This document shows, piece after piece, positions 61,342-64,000 of a stretch of 64,000 nucleotides of DNA. Origin of the DNA: Octopus bimaculoides. Taxonomy: Eukaryota. Both the position numbers and the translations under genes were made by a program. The notes beneath the pieces are model-generated. The model saw nothing but the letters and a program-made list of their open reading frames with translations, was not told the DNA's origin and did not search any database. The stretch spans positions 114,303,322-114,367,321 of the forward strand of contig NC_068984.1 of the NCBI RefSeq assembly GCF_001194135.2. The letters run 5' to 3'. Each line of letters opens with the position of its first letter. The stretch's first letter is position 1.

Positions 61342-63469
61342 GTTTGTTTTTAATGATTCAATTATTATTTTCGATTTATATTCTACTTCTTTAACTCAAA
61401 GTGAATTTGTTTTTGATCTTTTTTTAAGATCAAAATTCTAATTATATTTTACTTTTACGCTTTTAATTCTAACAACGGACACTATTTTATTTCAGAATTA
61501 AATTTCGTTTTCGTAATCAATTCTAAAATAATGCTTAAATTATCAAGTTAATTTAATTCTTAACTTATTTCAATATTCCAATATATTCTTCCTGGAAGAT
61601 ACTCATTCATCTCATATTTAAGAGGTAAAACACGGGAACGCATGTGCTTGTTCTCTCACTAGCCCGCGCACACACGCATGTTTTTATATATACACACACA
61701 CATACTCTCACTCAACCTGTTGATATACATATAGGTTGGAATAATACAGAAATATGCAGTGGCCTACAATAACCTTCTATCGGGATGTTCTCATATATGT
61801 TCCATTGGATTAAGATTGGGGTTTGAGGAATCCAAATGGGAGGTTTTATTCCCAAATTTGTGATTCCTTACTTGCTTGTATGGCTTCTGCTCTAATTGTT
61901 TTTTTTTGTTTTTTTGTTGTTAATGGTCTTCTTATCGATTCCCACATCAGAAAAGATGGGTGACAGACCCTTTTAAAGTCTTTGAGAGCATTCTGGGCCA
62001 TTTAAAAATGTTTTCAACAAAAATGAGGTCTGATCAACCTATTGCGCCAACCGTACCCCCACCCCCAAATGATACCTCCCCCCAACTCCCCCATATTTAA
62101 CAGTCCCTTGNNNNNNNNNNTGATACCTCCCCCCAACTCCCCCATATTTAACAGTCCCTTGCAAGTGGTTTAGCTTTGATGTTTCAGTTTAGCTGTGCCC
62201 CATATAGTTTTGAATTAGATTGGAAAAATTGCTGAATTTGTTTTTGTCAGGCCATATTTTTAGTAACTACAACTTGGGGTTCCTTGTTGCAAAACTTTTC
62301 TGTTCAGTCAACTCTTTCAGTCTTATTAGCTTTTAAAACCATTGGCTTCTTTCTTGCAATTCTTCATTCATGTCTATGGTCTTTCAAAACTGTTTTTATG
62401 TAATATGACACCATATTCATAGAATTTGTAGCCTTCCTAACAGTTGCAAGATAATGTTTAATTACTTTCCATTTAACTGCCTTCTTTGACCTCTTGGAAA
62501 CTTTCTGTAACCTCCCATATCTCTTCTTTGCTCAGGAATGCTCTTTTTCAGTCCACCTTTTGACTATGTTATTAACTGCTTGATGATTAATACTGAAAAA
62601 TTGAACTATATTTTCAGTGGATTTTTCCACAATCATACACTGTGGAAAACACATCTCTTTCTCTTTCCAGTTAGGGTAGCCATGTTTTGTGAGTTACTTG
62701 GTGACCTCACTTTTGCCAGTGCATAGAAAAATAGTACCCTAAACACTGTAAAAAGTGTCTGGTATTAGAAAGGGCACCCTGCTATAGAAAAGCAGACATT
62801 GAAGTTCTATGCAGCCTTCTGGCTAAGCAGTTTCTGACAAACTATCCAACTCACACCTGCATGGAAAATGAATGTTAGATGATGATGCTGGCACCAATTG
62901 ATGATTTGTCCAATGTTTTGAAGTATAATGTATTAAAATTTATTGGCAGTATTTCGGCAGTAATTTTTTCATTGCTTTGTAAATGAACATTCCTTTAGCA
63001 TAACTACTTTTCATCTTATAGCTCTCTATTTTACATTTCCATTGTGGACTTCGGAGTTTCTTTCATGTTGTATGTCTTGCCAATGTTCTTCTTACAAGCA
63101 TATCATATGTATACTTATGCATATATACTATAGGAATATATGATGCAATGATATCAAATCAATGTAAAACGTGGTATCTTAAAGATAACATGTTCGCACT
63201 AGTATACATACATACATACATGCATGCACGTGCTCACACACACATACACACACACAATGCTCCAGGATCCTATAATGCAATACCACTCAGTGCAGTGTTC
63301 CAACACTAGCATGACAAGCAAGTGGAGGAAGCATATCAACAAAAGCCTTAGAAGTAATGAAAGATGCAGTAAATCTTCAGATAACCAAAGCATACTTCAT
63401 TAGAAAATTTAAGCTTACCATGAATTGTGATATTGACATGTAGCAATATATATGCCTCTCTTGGTAAAA

Positions 63470-63925
63470 AGAAAAAACCCTTCTCTCAGAATGAAAGGCA
63501 GATTCTATCATGTTTTTATACAAACAGCAATGTTACATGGTTGTGAAACTTGGGCCATGAATGCAGAGGATATGTGAAAACAAGAAAGAAATGAAGCTGG
63601 CATGCTTGGCTGGCTGTGCCGCATCAGTGCGTATGTGCATGTACAACAAAGTACAAATGTGTTGAGAGAAATTGGGCACAAGGTGCATTAGATGCGGTGT
63701 GCAAGAGAGAAGACTGCACTTGTATGGTCATGTGATGCAAATGAGTGAAGACAGTTGCATAAAGAAGTGTTGATTGCTAAATGTGGATGGAACCTGTGGA
63801 AGAGGGAAACCCAGAAAAATGTGACATGAAGTAGTGAAGACTGACCTCAAGATGGCGAACCTCACAAAGGAGATGACAAAGGATTGAGATTACTGGCAAT
63901 ATAGGAAGATCCATCCACCTAAATA
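63470..63925 (+). mobile_element. Degenerate RTE 3' ORF fragment
   Basis: KGRFYH..IQTAMLHGCETWAM and GTCGRGKPRK motifs. Confidence 0.75.
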
Positions 63926-64000
63926 AAAACAAAATCTTATCAAGCCTTTTCCCACAACTCATCTTCTAACATCCATCCCTCTATCACTCTTCTAACTATG

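Noticed and set aside
62070-62161. Exact 41-bp direct repeat
   Set aside because: The copies flank a 10-N gap; typical unmerged contig overlap.

Overview
AT-rich, microsatellite-dense eukaryotic scaffold with 11 N-gaps. The repeat families (tRNA-derived SINEs, RTE LINEs with (ATG)n tails) point to an octopod cephalopod; this is inferred from repeat content, not checked by search. Host genes: (i) the first coding exon of a NEK11-like kinase on + (61202-61341) with an upstream RFX X-box; (ii) a divergent multi-exon gene on - that I cannot name, rebuilt from phase-compatible exons (59474, 44322-44205, 35613-35447, 33848-33639, 33575-33516, probably ending at 16728-16362); (iii) the probable 5' end of another - strand gene at about 6.4-8.6 kb. 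The rest is mostly transposon-derived: a full-length dead Tc1 (IR/DR type), mariner and Tigger remnants, piggyBac, hAT and mariner MITEs, RTE fragments and SINEs. Most unusual: a 404-bp palindrome with a tRNA-Thr-like Pol III unit in each arm, a second back-to-back tRNA-like junction, two copies of a minimal hammerhead-ribozyme motif, a 41-bp-stem pre-miRNA-like hairpin, and a cassette exon with an in-frame UGA. All alignments, folds and translations were done by eye; no database searches were run.
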